In this document: one piece after another, positions 9,694-19,297 of the stretch
Position numbering within the stretch: position 1 is the stretch's first letter
How the letters are laid out: every line of letters starts with the position of its first letter
Virus record (IMG/VR): IMGVR_UViG_3300038393_003162
Span: 84,407-148,406 of that record
From: a virus
Lineage: Duplodnaviria; Heunggongvirae; Uroviricota; Caudoviricetes
Direction: 5' to 3' (one strand)
Length of the DNA: 64,000 nucleotides
Notes under the pieces: model-generated
Told to the model about the DNA's origin: nothing
The model's input: only the letters and a program-made list of their open reading frames with translations
The model's database searches: none
Position numbers and translations under genes: made by a program

Positions 9694-9921
9694 TTATGAC
9701 TTCACATCCTTGGTTTTAGTCGTGTTGTCAGGGAGAGACTCGAACGGAACAACGGGATCAATGGCTGCCCAACACCGCTCACTGATCCACATGTCCGCAT
9801 CGAGTTTCGCAATACACTCCGCGCATACTTTGACTTTCTTCCAGGGAACGTCGGTCGCGATAGGTTCACAATCGATGGGGTATAGTTTCACCCCAGAAGT
9901 ACCACAACCCTGGCAGTTCAT
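9694..9921 (-). CDS. Small CxxC zinc-finger protein
   Basis: MNCQGCG...VCAEC. Confidence 0.55.
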   Translation of the reverse strand: MNCQGCGTSGVKLYPIDCEPIATDVPWKKVKVCAECIAKLDADMWISERCWAAIDPVVPFESLPDNTTKTKDVKS

Positions 9922-10559
9922 GAGAGAGGCTCCTTGGATTTGGTCGCGTCTTCGTCCAGCCCCAACTGCCACGGCTCGAAGTCAACCATCTTGGTCTGAT
10001 CCCAGATGGTGACGCGAACTGCGACCACCTTCACGGGCTGACGACTCTTGATGCGAGTCACCATCCCCTTCAGTCCCCGGTATGGACCAGTCAGTATCTT
10101 GACCTTCTGGTGTGGTCGCAATTGCTCCGGGTGTGACGAGAGGGACGTAGCATCCTCCAGGTCGTTCAGATTCGTGTTAACCAGCATCACGCTATCGGGA
10201 GTCGGTCCCATCCCGTGCGACTTGTAGTCGAGCATGAAGCTCAAGGTTTTGGCGATGTATGCCTTGACCTGCTCCGGAGTCGTATCACCGAACACCTGGA
10301 ACTTCAGGGGCAGGACGAATTCCTTGACCGGAGCATCCTTGTACTCATGCGCAATCACGTCCCTGATCGCATCATCCGCCGATCCGAAGTCAGCGAACTT
10401 CATCGCGAGATGCTGCGCCGAAGTCCAGGGGCATTCCGAGTCACCCCGCCAGAACCGGGTCTCGCAATAGTCCTGCCGCTTGTCCATGATCGCGTAGCGA
10501 GAGAACTTGGGATTGCCGATCATCACCACCGCGAACTGGCTCTTGTCAATCTCGCTCAT
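9918..10559 (-). CDS. Protein with C-terminal NusG-like KOW domain
   Basis: LRPHQKVKILTGPYRGLKGMVTRI...VRVTIWDQTKMVDFEPWQL; SD GAGGT before MSEIDK. Confidence 0.7.
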   Translation of the reverse strand: MSEIDKSQFAVVMIGNPKFSRYAIMDKRQDYCETRFWRGDSECPWTSAQHLAMKFADFGSADDAIRDVIAHEYKDAPVKEFVLPLKFQVFGDTTPEQVKAYIAKTLSFMLDYKSHGMGPTPDSVMLVNTNLNDLEDATSLSSHPEQLRPHQKVKILTGPYRGLKGMVTRIKSRQPVKVVAVRVTIWDQTKMVDFEPWQLGLDEDATKSKEPLS

Positions 10560-10614
10560 AAGCAACACCTCATGCGTTGAGTTGAATGGGGCGGAATGAT
10601 GATTCGCTACGCTC

Positions 10615-11379
10615 TCACACCTTGGACAGCAGATAGTTCGCCGCTTGGTGCGACACCGAACACGCATCGATGAAATAGGTCTCATCGGCATCGATGCCAG
10701 CAATCCAATTCGGCAGATGGTCTTGATCTACGACATTCGTGTCGATCGGCAAATCGCAATAATCCATCAATATTGCGGCTCCTAAGTCCGCGATGAGTTC
10801 CCACTGCGACCGATCCGTCCCCTCCCACCCCACGCGATCGGGATGCAGGGACGCCCAATGGATCATCTCATGAAAATAAGTAAACCAGTAAGCATTGACA
10901 CCGTCCAGGAAATGCTCCTGTCGCGGCATCGCGATCCAGTCTACCCGATTCTTCGCCAGAAGATAGCGGGGATTCGGCGATTCCTTCACCCATGCCCCAG
11001 AAGCCTCTACAAGCCTCTGTGCCGTGTCGTAGGCGGCAGACGACTCAGGCTCCGGGTAAGCGACGTCGACCGCGTCACGGTTGAACCAGGCGACTTCACG
11101 CCCGCCTTGGACGATGAGGACGCCCGACGCCCGATCAACCTTGCCTTCCAGGCATTCCCACTCGGTTTTCTTACCCCAGCACCGGCTTTGGTAGCCTCGT
11201 TCAATCGCTACGGTTTCGAGAATCCACGGCATTATACCCGTGAAGACTTCCCCGGTGATACAGTTCATCGGCAAGCCGCAGAATTGCCCGAGGCGGAACG
11301 ACCGCGACCAGGGGACGATGCCCTTTCTGAGAGCATCATTAATCGTATTTACAGAAAAGTGTGTCTTAGTCTTCGTCAT
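10615..11379 (-). CDS. ardC: ArdC-family antirestriction/ssDNA-binding protein
   Basis: GIVPWSR, PMNCITGEVFTGI, HEMIHW zincin motif, ELIADLGAA. Confidence 0.8.
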   Translation of the reverse strand: MTKTKTHFSVNTINDALRKGIVPWSRSFRLGQFCGLPMNCITGEVFTGIMPWILETVAIERGYQSRCWGKKTEWECLEGKVDRASGVLIVQGGREVAWFNRDAVDVAYPEPESSAAYDTAQRLVEASGAWVKESPNPRYLLAKNRVDWIAMPRQEHFLDGVNAYWFTYFHEMIHWASLHPDRVGWEGTDRSQWELIADLGAAILMDYCDLPIDTNVVDQDHLPNWIAGIDADETYFIDACSVSHQAANYLLSKV

Positions 11380-12491
11380 TACGACACCACCGCGAATTTG
11401 GGGAGAGCGGACCGTCCGGCTGTGGGGATGCCTCGCCGATCCAATTCGCGAAGTCCCGCCGCTGTAATATATCGACCGCCCGCACCGGTTTCGACGAGCG
11501 GCTCGAAATCATTACTGAAGGTCATCATTGGCGGCAGGATGAACTTCTCCATCTCTTCCACCTTGACGCCCGCCGCACTCGCCAGACTGGCGATGCTCTT
11601 CTTGCCGTGACCAAGCGCCTTCAAAACCCTCAGCCGCTTCTCGGACAAGCCGAACTGGTCGATGCCATCGCGGATTCGGACCGCCTCGACCGCATCGGTC
11701 CAGGAGACGCCCCGCATATCCCGTTCCCACTTCACGCGGGTTGCCGCCTGAAGGGCTTCACGAGTCACGAGGTAGTAATAGCTCGCGATCCGCTCACACG
11801 CATCCATGGGAAGGTCGTCGTTGTGTATCTGGACGATCTGGGCGATTTCCTTCTTGGTGTATGGCTTCAGTTCGATCTTCATGAACCGGGTGTCGAAGGC
11901 GTCGAAGAGCAGCCCGCGATCGGTGGTGGCGAACTGCCACTGGATCGCTTGGGTGTTGAGCTTCATCGTCCTGCCTTCCAGGACGTGAGTCTTCACATCG
12001 GTCGCGCGCAAGAGCGCCTGGACCAACTTGCTGGAGAGTTGGTGAACCTCGTCGATGAAGACCACGCAACTCGGGGCGAACCAACTGTCATCCTCCTGTT
12101 GCCGCATGGCGAGGCTGATCGGCGGCTTGTCGTCGATGATCGTCTCTTCGAGCACGGCTTGAATCTTGCTGAAGATATCTTCGGGGCGAGTCACGCTCTG
12201 CGGGTCGATCTCGACGAACGGGAGTTCCAGAGCTTTGGCGATGGCGCGGGCAAACATGGTCTTGCCGACGCCAGCCGGACCCGTCCAGGCAATGTTGATG
12301 TCGCTGATCCGGTGGTTCGGGCGTCCACTCGCCTGGTAAACAACCAACTCAGCTTGCTCGACGGCAGCTTGGTTGCCGACGATCGAGTAGAACGGGCTGT
12401 TGGGGTTCTTCCGACTCGCGAGCCATTGTCGCTGCTCGCGAGTGAGTTTCAACGCCTCAGGGAAGAAACGCTCTGGTTGCGATATGATCAT
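11379..12491 (-). CDS. ruvB: RuvB-like AAA+ ATPase (Holliday junction branch migration)
   Basis: GPAGVGKT, FIDEVH, ATTDRGLLFDAFDTRF, DQFGL, C-terminal winged helix ending GRYIT. Confidence 0.8.
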   Translation of the reverse strand: MIISQPERFFPEALKLTREQRQWLASRKNPNSPFYSIVGNQAAVEQAELVVYQASGRPNHRISDINIAWTGPAGVGKTMFARAIAKALELPFVEIDPQSVTRPEDIFSKIQAVLEETIIDDKPPISLAMRQQEDDSWFAPSCVVFIDEVHQLSSKLVQALLRATDVKTHVLEGRTMKLNTQAIQWQFATTDRGLLFDAFDTRFMKIELKPYTKKEIAQIVQIHNDDLPMDACERIASYYYLVTREALQAATRVKWERDMRGVSWTDAVEAVRIRDGIDQFGLSEKRLRVLKALGHGKKSIASLASAAGVKVEEMEKFILPPMMTFSNDFEPLVETGAGGRYITAAGLRELDRRGIPTAGRSALPKFAVVS

Positions 12492-12553
12492 TAATTAAAT
12501 CCCTCCGACGCTAGAAAATGGAATGTCCGTGCCGTTGAGGGTACGTCCGGCTA

Positions 12554-12781
12554 TTATGGATTCTTGGTATGGAGCGGATCGCCGATGCTCCACTCCCACT
12601 TACAATCCCGACACATGAAGTTATCGGGATTGGTGGTGTTGCCGCACACTTTTTCGGACCCGCACTTGGGGCATTGCCGCGACCGAATCTCCCGCAAGAG
12701 TTCCCTGGCTCGCTTCTCGACCGCCTTACGTTCCCCTTGTGGCAAGGTGGCGAGATAATCCTCCAGCTTTGTCGGTGGCAT
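12554..12781 (-). CDS. Small zinc-ribbon protein
   Basis: CPKCGS...FMCRDCKWEW. Confidence 0.6.
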   Translation of the reverse strand: MPPTKLEDYLATLPQGERKAVEKRARELLREIRSRQCPKCGSEKVCGNTTNPDNFMCRDCKWEWSIGDPLHTKNP

Positions 12782-12792
12782 AAACTCCCTTT

Positions 12793-13122
12793 CTACTTAC
12801 CAGTCAGCAACTCGTATGCCGCCACGACCTTCTTGAACTCGGCAGTCGTGTCCTTCCCCGGATTCTTGTCGGGGTGGAGCAGCAATGACTTCTGACGGTA
12901 TGCTTTCTTGATCTCATCGAAAGTTGCTGTCTTCCCCACTCCCAAGATCGAATGGGGGCTTTGATCGCCCACGAGCTCGACGGCTTGGTCGTGAGTCATG
13001 GCTTCCCATTGCTGCGACCATTCCGATACGTTGCCCCTCCCCTGCGAGTCGTCGTAGGTGGGATATTTGGCGAAGAGATCGTTGAACTTCCTCTTCGCCT
13101 TCTCGCTTTTACTTTTTGCCAC
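12793..13122 (-). CDS. J-domain (DnaJ-like) co-chaperone
   Basis: ILGV...EIKKAYRQKSLLLHPDKNPG...FKKVVAAYELL; GTG start overlapping upstream stop. Confidence 0.8.
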   Translation of the reverse strand: MAKSKSEKAKRKFNDLFAKYPTYDDSQGRGNVSEWSQQWEAMTHDQAVELVGDQSPHSILGVGKTATFDEIKKAYRQKSLLLHPDKNPGKDTTAEFKKVVAAYELLTGK

Positions 13123-13408
13123 GTCCGATTTGCCTCTTGGGATTGGTCTTGGGGGTTTCGTCCTCAATGGTGTGTCCTCCGTGGATTTGGGCGGAAGTAA
13201 GACGGCACCCCTGCAAAAGGTGCTTGCAGTATCGCCGGGTGATATAGGCCGGGCAGGAGCACCCCCATTTGCCCGATTTCTTGTTGCGGGCGATGGTATA
13301 AAGGCGGTTACTCGTTTCGGACCGAATTTGGAACCTGTGGTCCCACTGAGCGTTGTCCTCAAGGGCAACACTGCCAGGGGGTTTGTGGATCACGATCTCG
13401 GTGGACAT
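13109..13408 (-). CDS. SWIM zinc-finger protein
   Basis: WGCSCPAYITRRYCKHL (CxC...CxH); SD AAGGA. Confidence 0.75.
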   Translation of the reverse strand: MSTEIVIHKPPGSVALEDNAQWDHRFQIRSETSNRLYTIARNKKSGKWGCSCPAYITRRYCKHLLQGCRLTSAQIHGGHTIEDETPKTNPKRQIGRGKK

Positions 13409-13514
13409 ATGTTTAGTCCTTAGGTTCGCTAACCGTCTTACCTCAACCACGTCTTGGATTGTACCATACCAAGCGAGGGCGTGCTAGTCCTTAGCGACGA
13501 GTTTGGGGATCATC

Positions 13515-14636
13515 TCAAAGAGCCGCTTTCTGGAGAATGCGATGTTGATTGACCCGAGCCTTCTCAATCTTGGACCACGCCTTCCGGAGCATCTTGCCCG
13601 CCCATGTGCGCGAGCAATTATGCTTCTCAGCCCACCGGGTTTGGAACCCATGGCTGCCTTCCTGCGCCATCTCGATCAACTCTCGTTCTTTCGCGTCCAA
13701 TCCGGAGCGGTCGAGAAGCTCATTGAAGGAGGTCACATCGACCTTGACAGGAGCGGGACAGGAGTTGATGCCGCCGATGAACTTGCCGTCACCCTCGTCG
13801 ATCTGCATCTCGGTATCGCGGATGGTCGACTTGCTTTCAGGACCAAACGCCGCTCTAAGCTGCTTGATTTCCTTGTCGGTAGGACGCCGAAACCCGCCAT
13901 TCTTGAGCGTGATCTTGACCCGAGACACGATCGATTCGAACCTCCTGTCTTCGATGTTCTCAATCGAGGCGGCATAATATGCCGACACCAACTTGTAGTT
14001 CTGGGAGAGCAACTTGTTCTGAGGATTGGTCTGAGCCAGTTCCCGCACCATGTGACGGAAGATGCTGTTGCTGACGTAGGTGCTGAATAAGACGTTGTCG
14101 CGGCGATACCCCCAGACAGCCGCGACAACTCCCATCAAGCCCACCTGGATCAAAACCTCAGCATCCACTAGGACTTGATCGTGCGACCGTCTCGCCAGCG
14201 TTTGTGCGAGATCGCAGACCATCCGGACGTAGCCCTCGATGATCCGATTCTGAACGGATGCGACCGCTTTAACCTTGGCGAGGTCCGACTCCGACAGCCC
14301 CAGCGTGTTGACATTCCTTCGCAACTCTTGAATCGAACCTCTGGCGAACCACTTGTCCGGCTTGGCGTTGCCGAGGATCTTGACCTGCTCGTATTCCTCG
14401 GTCGTCATCACGCCTCGGTAAGAAATGCGTCGAGGATGATTTTCCGGCAAGAACAAACGTTCCCGGAATTCTTCGGGAGCGTAGCGGAAGGACTTGGCGA
14501 TTCGGTTGAGAAGCTTGACCGAATCGCTGTATTTCTTGAGGACCACGTTTCCTTTTCGAAGAACATCGAAAAGGACTTCCTCCTCTTCTTTGCAAAGGTC
14601 GGAATGGATGATCGGGGAAACCGCTGTGTGAAACAT
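13515..14636 (-). CDS. Sigma70-family RNA polymerase sigma factor (phage-encoded)
   Basis: Region 2-like LIQVGLMGVVAAVWGY...FSTYVSNSIFRHM and C-terminal HTH; SD GGAGG. Confidence 0.75.
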   Translation of the reverse strand: MFHTAVSPIIHSDLCKEEEEVLFDVLRKGNVVLKKYSDSVKLLNRIAKSFRYAPEEFRERLFLPENHPRRISYRGVMTTEEYEQVKILGNAKPDKWFARGSIQELRRNVNTLGLSESDLAKVKAVASVQNRIIEGYVRMVCDLAQTLARRSHDQVLVDAEVLIQVGLMGVVAAVWGYRRDNVLFSTYVSNSIFRHMVRELAQTNPQNKLLSQNYKLVSAYYAASIENIEDRRFESIVSRVKITLKNGGFRRPTDKEIKQLRAAFGPESKSTIRDTEMQIDEGDGKFIGGINSCPAPVKVDVTSFNELLDRSGLDAKERELIEMAQEGSHGFQTRWAEKHNCSRTWAGKMLRKAWSKIEKARVNQHRILQKAAL

Positions 14637-14741
14637 GAACCAACACCCTCCGATGGCAGGGAATTTGAATGATTCAAATGAAGCGACTTCGTCGTCGCCG
14701 TTGCTGCACAGGGCGTATCCGGTTTTAACCGAATGAACCGA

Positions 14742-15035
14742 CTAGTTATCGTCGTCGGTCAATGTCTTCCCGCACTGGACGCACTCGTAGCCGAGATCTC
14801 CGTAATCCGGGTGATCGTCGTTGAGCAAGCCCTGCTCGTCTGCCAGCCCGTTGACCTGTTCTTCAGCGAAATCGACGCTGATCTTTTCGCGTTTGGCGAG
14901 GGCATCGACGTCGATGCGACCAAAGCATGTCTGGCAGAAATCCTCGGGACTCCGGAAGGCTCCGGGGTCAGCCTGATATCGAGGTTGGTTGTTCTTATAA
15001 ATCTTCTCGGCGTTGATTACGGTGAGACGCGGCAT
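14742..15035 (-). CDS. Hypothetical Cys-containing protein
   Basis: FCQTC...YECVQC; ends in TAG in frame with the sigma gene. Confidence 0.65.
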   Translation of the reverse strand: MPRLTVINAEKIYKNNQPRYQADPGAFRSPEDFCQTCFGRIDVDALAKREKISVDFAEEQVNGLADEQGLLNDDHPDYGDLGYECVQCGKTLTDDDN

Positions 15036-15046
15036 GAGCGATTCCC

Positions 15047-15418
15047 CTAATGTTTAATACGCCAATGGACCTTGGGCTTCTTCTTGACCGAATCGTCTTC
15101 ATACACCTCGATGTCGAGCAACCCGATCGCGGTCTCGATCGTCGGATGCTCTTTGAGATTCTTCAACCGGATCGCGTCCAGAAGATCGAGCAGGATCGCA
15201 GCGTCCAACTCATCCACCAGAGCAATCATGTGATTTGGATATTTTATGCCTAGAAATTGGTTCATAACTGCGGCGAACAGGGTGGTCGTCACCCGGATCT
15301 GGTCATTGTAGTTCCGTGCGATCATCGGATATTTTTGATTCTGTTGCTTCTCCTTGTTCAAGATCGAATACAGCTTGACGAACCTGATGACCGAATCTGA
15401 ATTCTCGGTGTAAAGCAC
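15047..15418 (-). CDS. Hypothetical protein
   Basis: GTG start with AGGA SD; 123 aa. Confidence 0.55.
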   Translation of the reverse strand: MLYTENSDSVIRFVKLYSILNKEKQQNQKYPMIARNYNDQIRVTTTLFAAVMNQFLGIKYPNHMIALVDELDAAILLDLLDAIRLKNLKEHPTIETAIGLLDIEVYEDDSVKKKPKVHWRIKH

Positions 15419-15477
15419 GAAACGATCCTGTATTGGACGTCTCTAGGGCGTGGGGTAAAGGGACGAACGATCGGGCA

Positions 15478-16092
15478 TCAGAGGAATGCATCTGGAAGGA
15501 CGTTGAAGTATTTGGCGAATGCCTTAATGTGTCGAATATTCATTTCCTGCTCGCCAGCAAGAATACGCCTGATCGTGCGAGCAGAGGTCTTGGTCTGTCG
15601 TGCCACTTCGGCAATCGAGACCTGCTTGGCATCCTCGATGAGATATCGCAGCGATTCGTGGGGCAGGATGGGAGGGAGGGGGTCGTGAGTCTCTTCGTAG
15701 GTGTGGATCAAATCGCCCAAGATATCGAAATAATCATATTCATCGCCGTTCAAATTATCAATGCCACGGTCGAGGAAGCCGTTGAGTATCTTGATCGCAT
15801 TGTCAAGTTCGGCGTCAGACTGGAGCGGTCGGAGGGGGAAATCCTTCATGATCTCGACATAGCGAGCGAAGTAACGATCCCCTTCCGACTTCTCGGGTTC
15901 CTTGTTGATTTCCTTGCAGTGGGCAAGGTAGTCATCGACCGAGTCGCGGAACGCCTGGACGGCTTGGGGGACGGTATCGCCCTGGAACGTGATGGTGTCG
16001 CGAATCCCGACGACTTGACCGCGAAGGACCTGATCGTCAAGGCTGATTTCCATACATCCGTGATATCCCTTGTGCTCGATCATGGCAAGCAT
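15478..16092 (-). CDS. HicB-like antitoxin fused to HigA-like HTH antitoxin
   Basis: N-half HKGYHG...GQVVGIRDTITFQGDTVPQAVQAFRDSVDDYLAHC (HicB); C-half FPLRPLQSDAELD...LIHTYE...LRYLIE...HTH...HIKAFAKYFNV (HigA); SD AAGGA. Confidence 0.8.
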   Translation of the reverse strand: MLAMIEHKGYHGCMEISLDDQVLRGQVVGIRDTITFQGDTVPQAVQAFRDSVDDYLAHCKEINKEPEKSEGDRYFARYVEIMKDFPLRPLQSDAELDNAIKILNGFLDRGIDNLNGDEYDYFDILGDLIHTYEETHDPLPPILPHESLRYLIEDAKQVSIAEVARQTKTSARTIRRILAGEQEMNIRHIKAFAKYFNVLPDAFL

Positions 16093-16180
16093 TCCGAAAT
16101 CCTTATCGGTAATAGAAGCGATATCACCAATCATCGAGGCTGGTTATTTTGTAACACAGCCTCGATGATTGGTGATTCTC

Positions 16181-18619
16181 TCAGAACGGTTCGCCGTTGT
16201 CAACCCATTTCCGATGCATTTTTGGTTTTACAACCTCAGGCGAAGGTCGGGTCGGCGTCGGGAGGGGAGTCACCGGACGCTTGGGAGCCGTTACAGCGGG
16301 CGTCACAGGCTGGATTTCAGCCTGTTTCGGCTCTTGAACGACGGGGGGAGTGGGCATCGGCGGGAGAGCCATTCCCGCCTTCTCTTCGCGGTTTTCATCC
16401 CAGAAGTTGGAGATATCGTTATCTTCATCTTCGGTCATGATATCATGAGTCACGTAAGACTGAACATCCATGACCCCGCCCATCCGCTCCTTCTCGATCC
16501 AGTCCATGACCGTGTAGTGGTTGAGGACGCCCCGCGTGTCGCGAACATACATGATGTTCATTTCCTCTTCCCACTCTTCCGTGACCTCGCCGTTCTCGTC
16601 GAACTGCTTAACGGTCGGGAAGGGCGAAAGGTCGGGACGGATGACGTACACCGTTTCCCACTCCAGCCCCTTGGCGGCATGGACGGTCGCGAAGAGGACG
16701 CTGTTCGGCTCGGGCTTGTCCGTGACGAGGTCCAGAATCAACTCGATAACCGAATCGACCTTGTCATCCTTGACCATCGAGCAGACAACCTGGATACACT
16801 CGATGTTGCTCCGGAGTCGCGCCAGTTCGGTCGCGAACTTCTCTTCCTTGCCCCACAGCACGATCTGCTTGGCGAGATGATCCTCCAGGCGACGGACCAA
16901 GCCGACTTCCTTGATCTCCCCTTCCTTGTCCAGCAGGTTGGACAGGCGAGAAACCCGCGTCTTGCCGTCGGGGTCTTCCATGACCGTACGAATCAGGTTG
17001 ATGAGCGGTCCACCCACCCCCTTCTTGCCAAGGATGCAGACCTTGCGATCCTTGACCTTGCGGAAGATGAATTCCTTGATGACTTCCAACGCGCCCCGGA
17101 AGAGCGGGTCGTTGGTGCGGCACAGGATGCAGACTTCCTTGGTGGGGTTCTCGACCAGCCAGTCGAGCATGCCCGCGAAGCTCACGTCGTGCCGGACCTC
17201 GCCCTCGATGTCCTTGAACCCCTGGAGTTCGGGGACGTACTGCTGAGCGTTCCGGATGATCGCCCGGCTGCTCCGATAGTTGATCGGCAAGAAGCCCTGG
17301 TCGACGCCCCGCTCGGTCTTGGACAGGATTGATTCGAGCATCTCGAACGACTTGCCGGTTGCACCACGGAACCGATAGATTGCCTGTCTCGGATCACCGA
17401 CGGTGATCAGGCGAGCGCCCGCCTCGGCGAGCTTCCCCATCAGGAGATTCTGGCACTTGTTGAAGTCCTGGATCTCGTCGGTCAGGACCATGTCGAGCTT
17501 GGGGACCGGAAGGTTGAGGACAAGCGGCAGGTACAGCATGTCCTCAAACGTGATCCGGCTCGGCTTGACGCCCGGCTCGGGGAGACCAGACGCGATGGTC
17601 GAGCAAGCCAGCCCAATCACCAACTCCCGGTCTCGGTCGTCGACCAACATCTTGTACTTGTCGATCAGCCCGTTCATTTCTTGTCGGGCGGCACCACCGA
17701 ACACCCAGCCGGAATCGGTCCAGTCGGGGAGGATCGCCCAATGCTTGGTGAATTCGACCAATTCCAGGACAACATTCCGGAACTGATAGAGGTTGTTCTC
17801 CTTCTCAGCCTTGATTGCCTTGATCGACGCGGCATTGAAAGGAAGCCCCCGACGGTTGCACAGAACCGCGAGGAACCAGTGGTTGTCCAGCCCCTCTTCG
17901 ATATTGTCCGGAGTGAGACCCAAGACGCCAAGGAAGAAGGCATGCGTGGTCTGGCACTTCACGCCGGTCCCGAACATCTTCGGGTCGACTTCGATCTTCA
18001 GCCGCTTGTTGTAGGCGAGATAGTGGACCTTCCGCCCATCCATGAGCGAAACCATCTTGATTTTGCCGTTCTTGTCAAGGACGCAGTTGCCGTTCTTGTC
18101 CTTGAGCTTGATCCGCGTCTGCTTGAGCGTCCAGGCGACCCGCTGGAGGGTGTTGGTCTTGCCGCACCCCGCGAGTGCCTTGATGACGATGTGCTTCTTC
18201 CCATTCTGCATCCGGTCGAGGATGTAGACCTGGTGGTCGCTCGGCGGCTCCTTGGGCATGCCGAGCGGCTTCCGTCGCTTGAGGACTTCCTCGCTGGCAC
18301 GGGCGGGAGAAGCCGAGGCAGAAACCGGAACCCTCGCCTCGTTAACCGGAATGCCGATCACTTCCTTGTGCAGAACGACGAGCGGACCGTGGTAGCCATC
18401 GGGGAAGTGTTTGGGCGGGAAGAGGTCGCGGTACTCTTGATCGGTTAATTTGTCGTTCGGCTTGTAGATGATGACGTCGCCGACGCGAATCTTCTTGTTG
18501 GAATACATGCACCGACCGTCACGATTCGACCGCATCACGTAGACATTGCGAATCGGGACGCCGCAAACCATGACGACTTCAGGAGTGGGCGGAAGTCCTG
18601 CCTTAACCATAGCGATCAT
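16181..18619 (-). CDS. UvrD/Rep-family SF1 helicase
   Basis: ALAGCGKT, YLAYNK, TDEIQD, VGDPRQAIYRFRGA, NYRS, TVHAAKGLEW; Pro-rich tail. Confidence 0.9.
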   Translation of the reverse strand: MIAMVKAGLPPTPEVVMVCGVPIRNVYVMRSNRDGRCMYSNKKIRVGDVIIYKPNDKLTDQEYRDLFPPKHFPDGYHGPLVVLHKEVIGIPVNEARVPVSASASPARASEEVLKRRKPLGMPKEPPSDHQVYILDRMQNGKKHIVIKALAGCGKTNTLQRVAWTLKQTRIKLKDKNGNCVLDKNGKIKMVSLMDGRKVHYLAYNKRLKIEVDPKMFGTGVKCQTTHAFFLGVLGLTPDNIEEGLDNHWFLAVLCNRRGLPFNAASIKAIKAEKENNLYQFRNVVLELVEFTKHWAILPDWTDSGWVFGGAARQEMNGLIDKYKMLVDDRDRELVIGLACSTIASGLPEPGVKPSRITFEDMLYLPLVLNLPVPKLDMVLTDEIQDFNKCQNLLMGKLAEAGARLITVGDPRQAIYRFRGATGKSFEMLESILSKTERGVDQGFLPINYRSSRAIIRNAQQYVPELQGFKDIEGEVRHDVSFAGMLDWLVENPTKEVCILCRTNDPLFRGALEVIKEFIFRKVKDRKVCILGKKGVGGPLINLIRTVMEDPDGKTRVSRLSNLLDKEGEIKEVGLVRRLEDHLAKQIVLWGKEEKFATELARLRSNIECIQVVCSMVKDDKVDSVIELILDLVTDKPEPNSVLFATVHAAKGLEWETVYVIRPDLSPFPTVKQFDENGEVTEEWEEEMNIMYVRDTRGVLNHYTVMDWIEKERMGGVMDVQSYVTHDIMTEDEDNDISNFWDENREEKAGMALPPMPTPPVVQEPKQAEIQPVTPAVTAPKRPVTPLPTPTRPSPEVVKPKMHRKWVDNGEPF

Positions 18620-18649
18620 CCTTAACGGGGTTGAAGGTTGCTCCGTCGC

Positions 18650-19297
18650 TTAGGGTGAATCCGGTTTTACCGCATTTTCGATCATCTGGCAAGCATAATC
18701 TCGCCGATTTTCTTGAATTGTAAAATACAAACTCGTTCCAACCCAATCCGTACGAATTTGTTTCTTGCATTTCTCGACAATTTTGTCTTTAACCATCTCG
18801 TCCAATGCCCGTCGAACCAACTGCTCGGAATACTCCCGGATGCCGAGTGAGATGACGGAATGCCCGCGTTCGAGCAACTTAACCAGGATGGCAACCTTGA
18901 CCAAAGTCAGATCCACTTTACGACTCGGCAAGCCCGTGGCATTCTTCGGAACGGCTGCCCGTTTCTTCTTCATCTTGTTGGCATAGATCTTTGCGACCAA
19001 GTCCGATTTTGCTTGGCTTTCTTTGCAGTAATACATCGAGACCGCACGGTTGTTGACGAACTGAGTGGGGATCTTCGCGATACACTTCCACTCGGCCAGC
19101 CTCTTCAGTGAGCCTTCGATGGAGCGGTATTCGCAATCGATGTGGATGACATGCCTGACGATGCTGGACACACTCATGTAATAAGGAGAATTGGATGAGA
19201 GGAATTCATAGATCGCGAAGTCCAGTTCCCTGGCACATTTGGCGCGGTGATTGCCAACAGGGGAACAATCGAGGTCCAGCTTCTTGGTCTTAGGCAT
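18650..19297 (-). CDS. Hypothetical protein, possibly tandem winged-helix
   Basis: Basic 215-aa ORF with two helix-strand repeats. Confidence 0.55.
   Translation of the reverse strand: MPKTKKLDLDCSPVGNHRAKCARELDFAIYEFLSSNSPYYMSVSSIVRHVIHIDCEYRSIEGSLKRLAEWKCIAKIPTQFVNNRAVSMYYCKESQAKSDLVAKIYANKMKKKRAAVPKNATGLPSRKVDLTLVKVAILVKLLERGHSVISLGIREYSEQLVRRALDEMVKDKIVEKCKKQIRTDWVGTSLYFTIQENRRDYACQMIENAVKPDSP

Noticed and set aside
10843-17332. Long antisense ORFs (e.g. 10843-11610, 11607-12494, 15433-16440, 16169-17332)
   Set aside because: Shadow frames opposite well-supported GC-rich genes; no motifs or SD signals.
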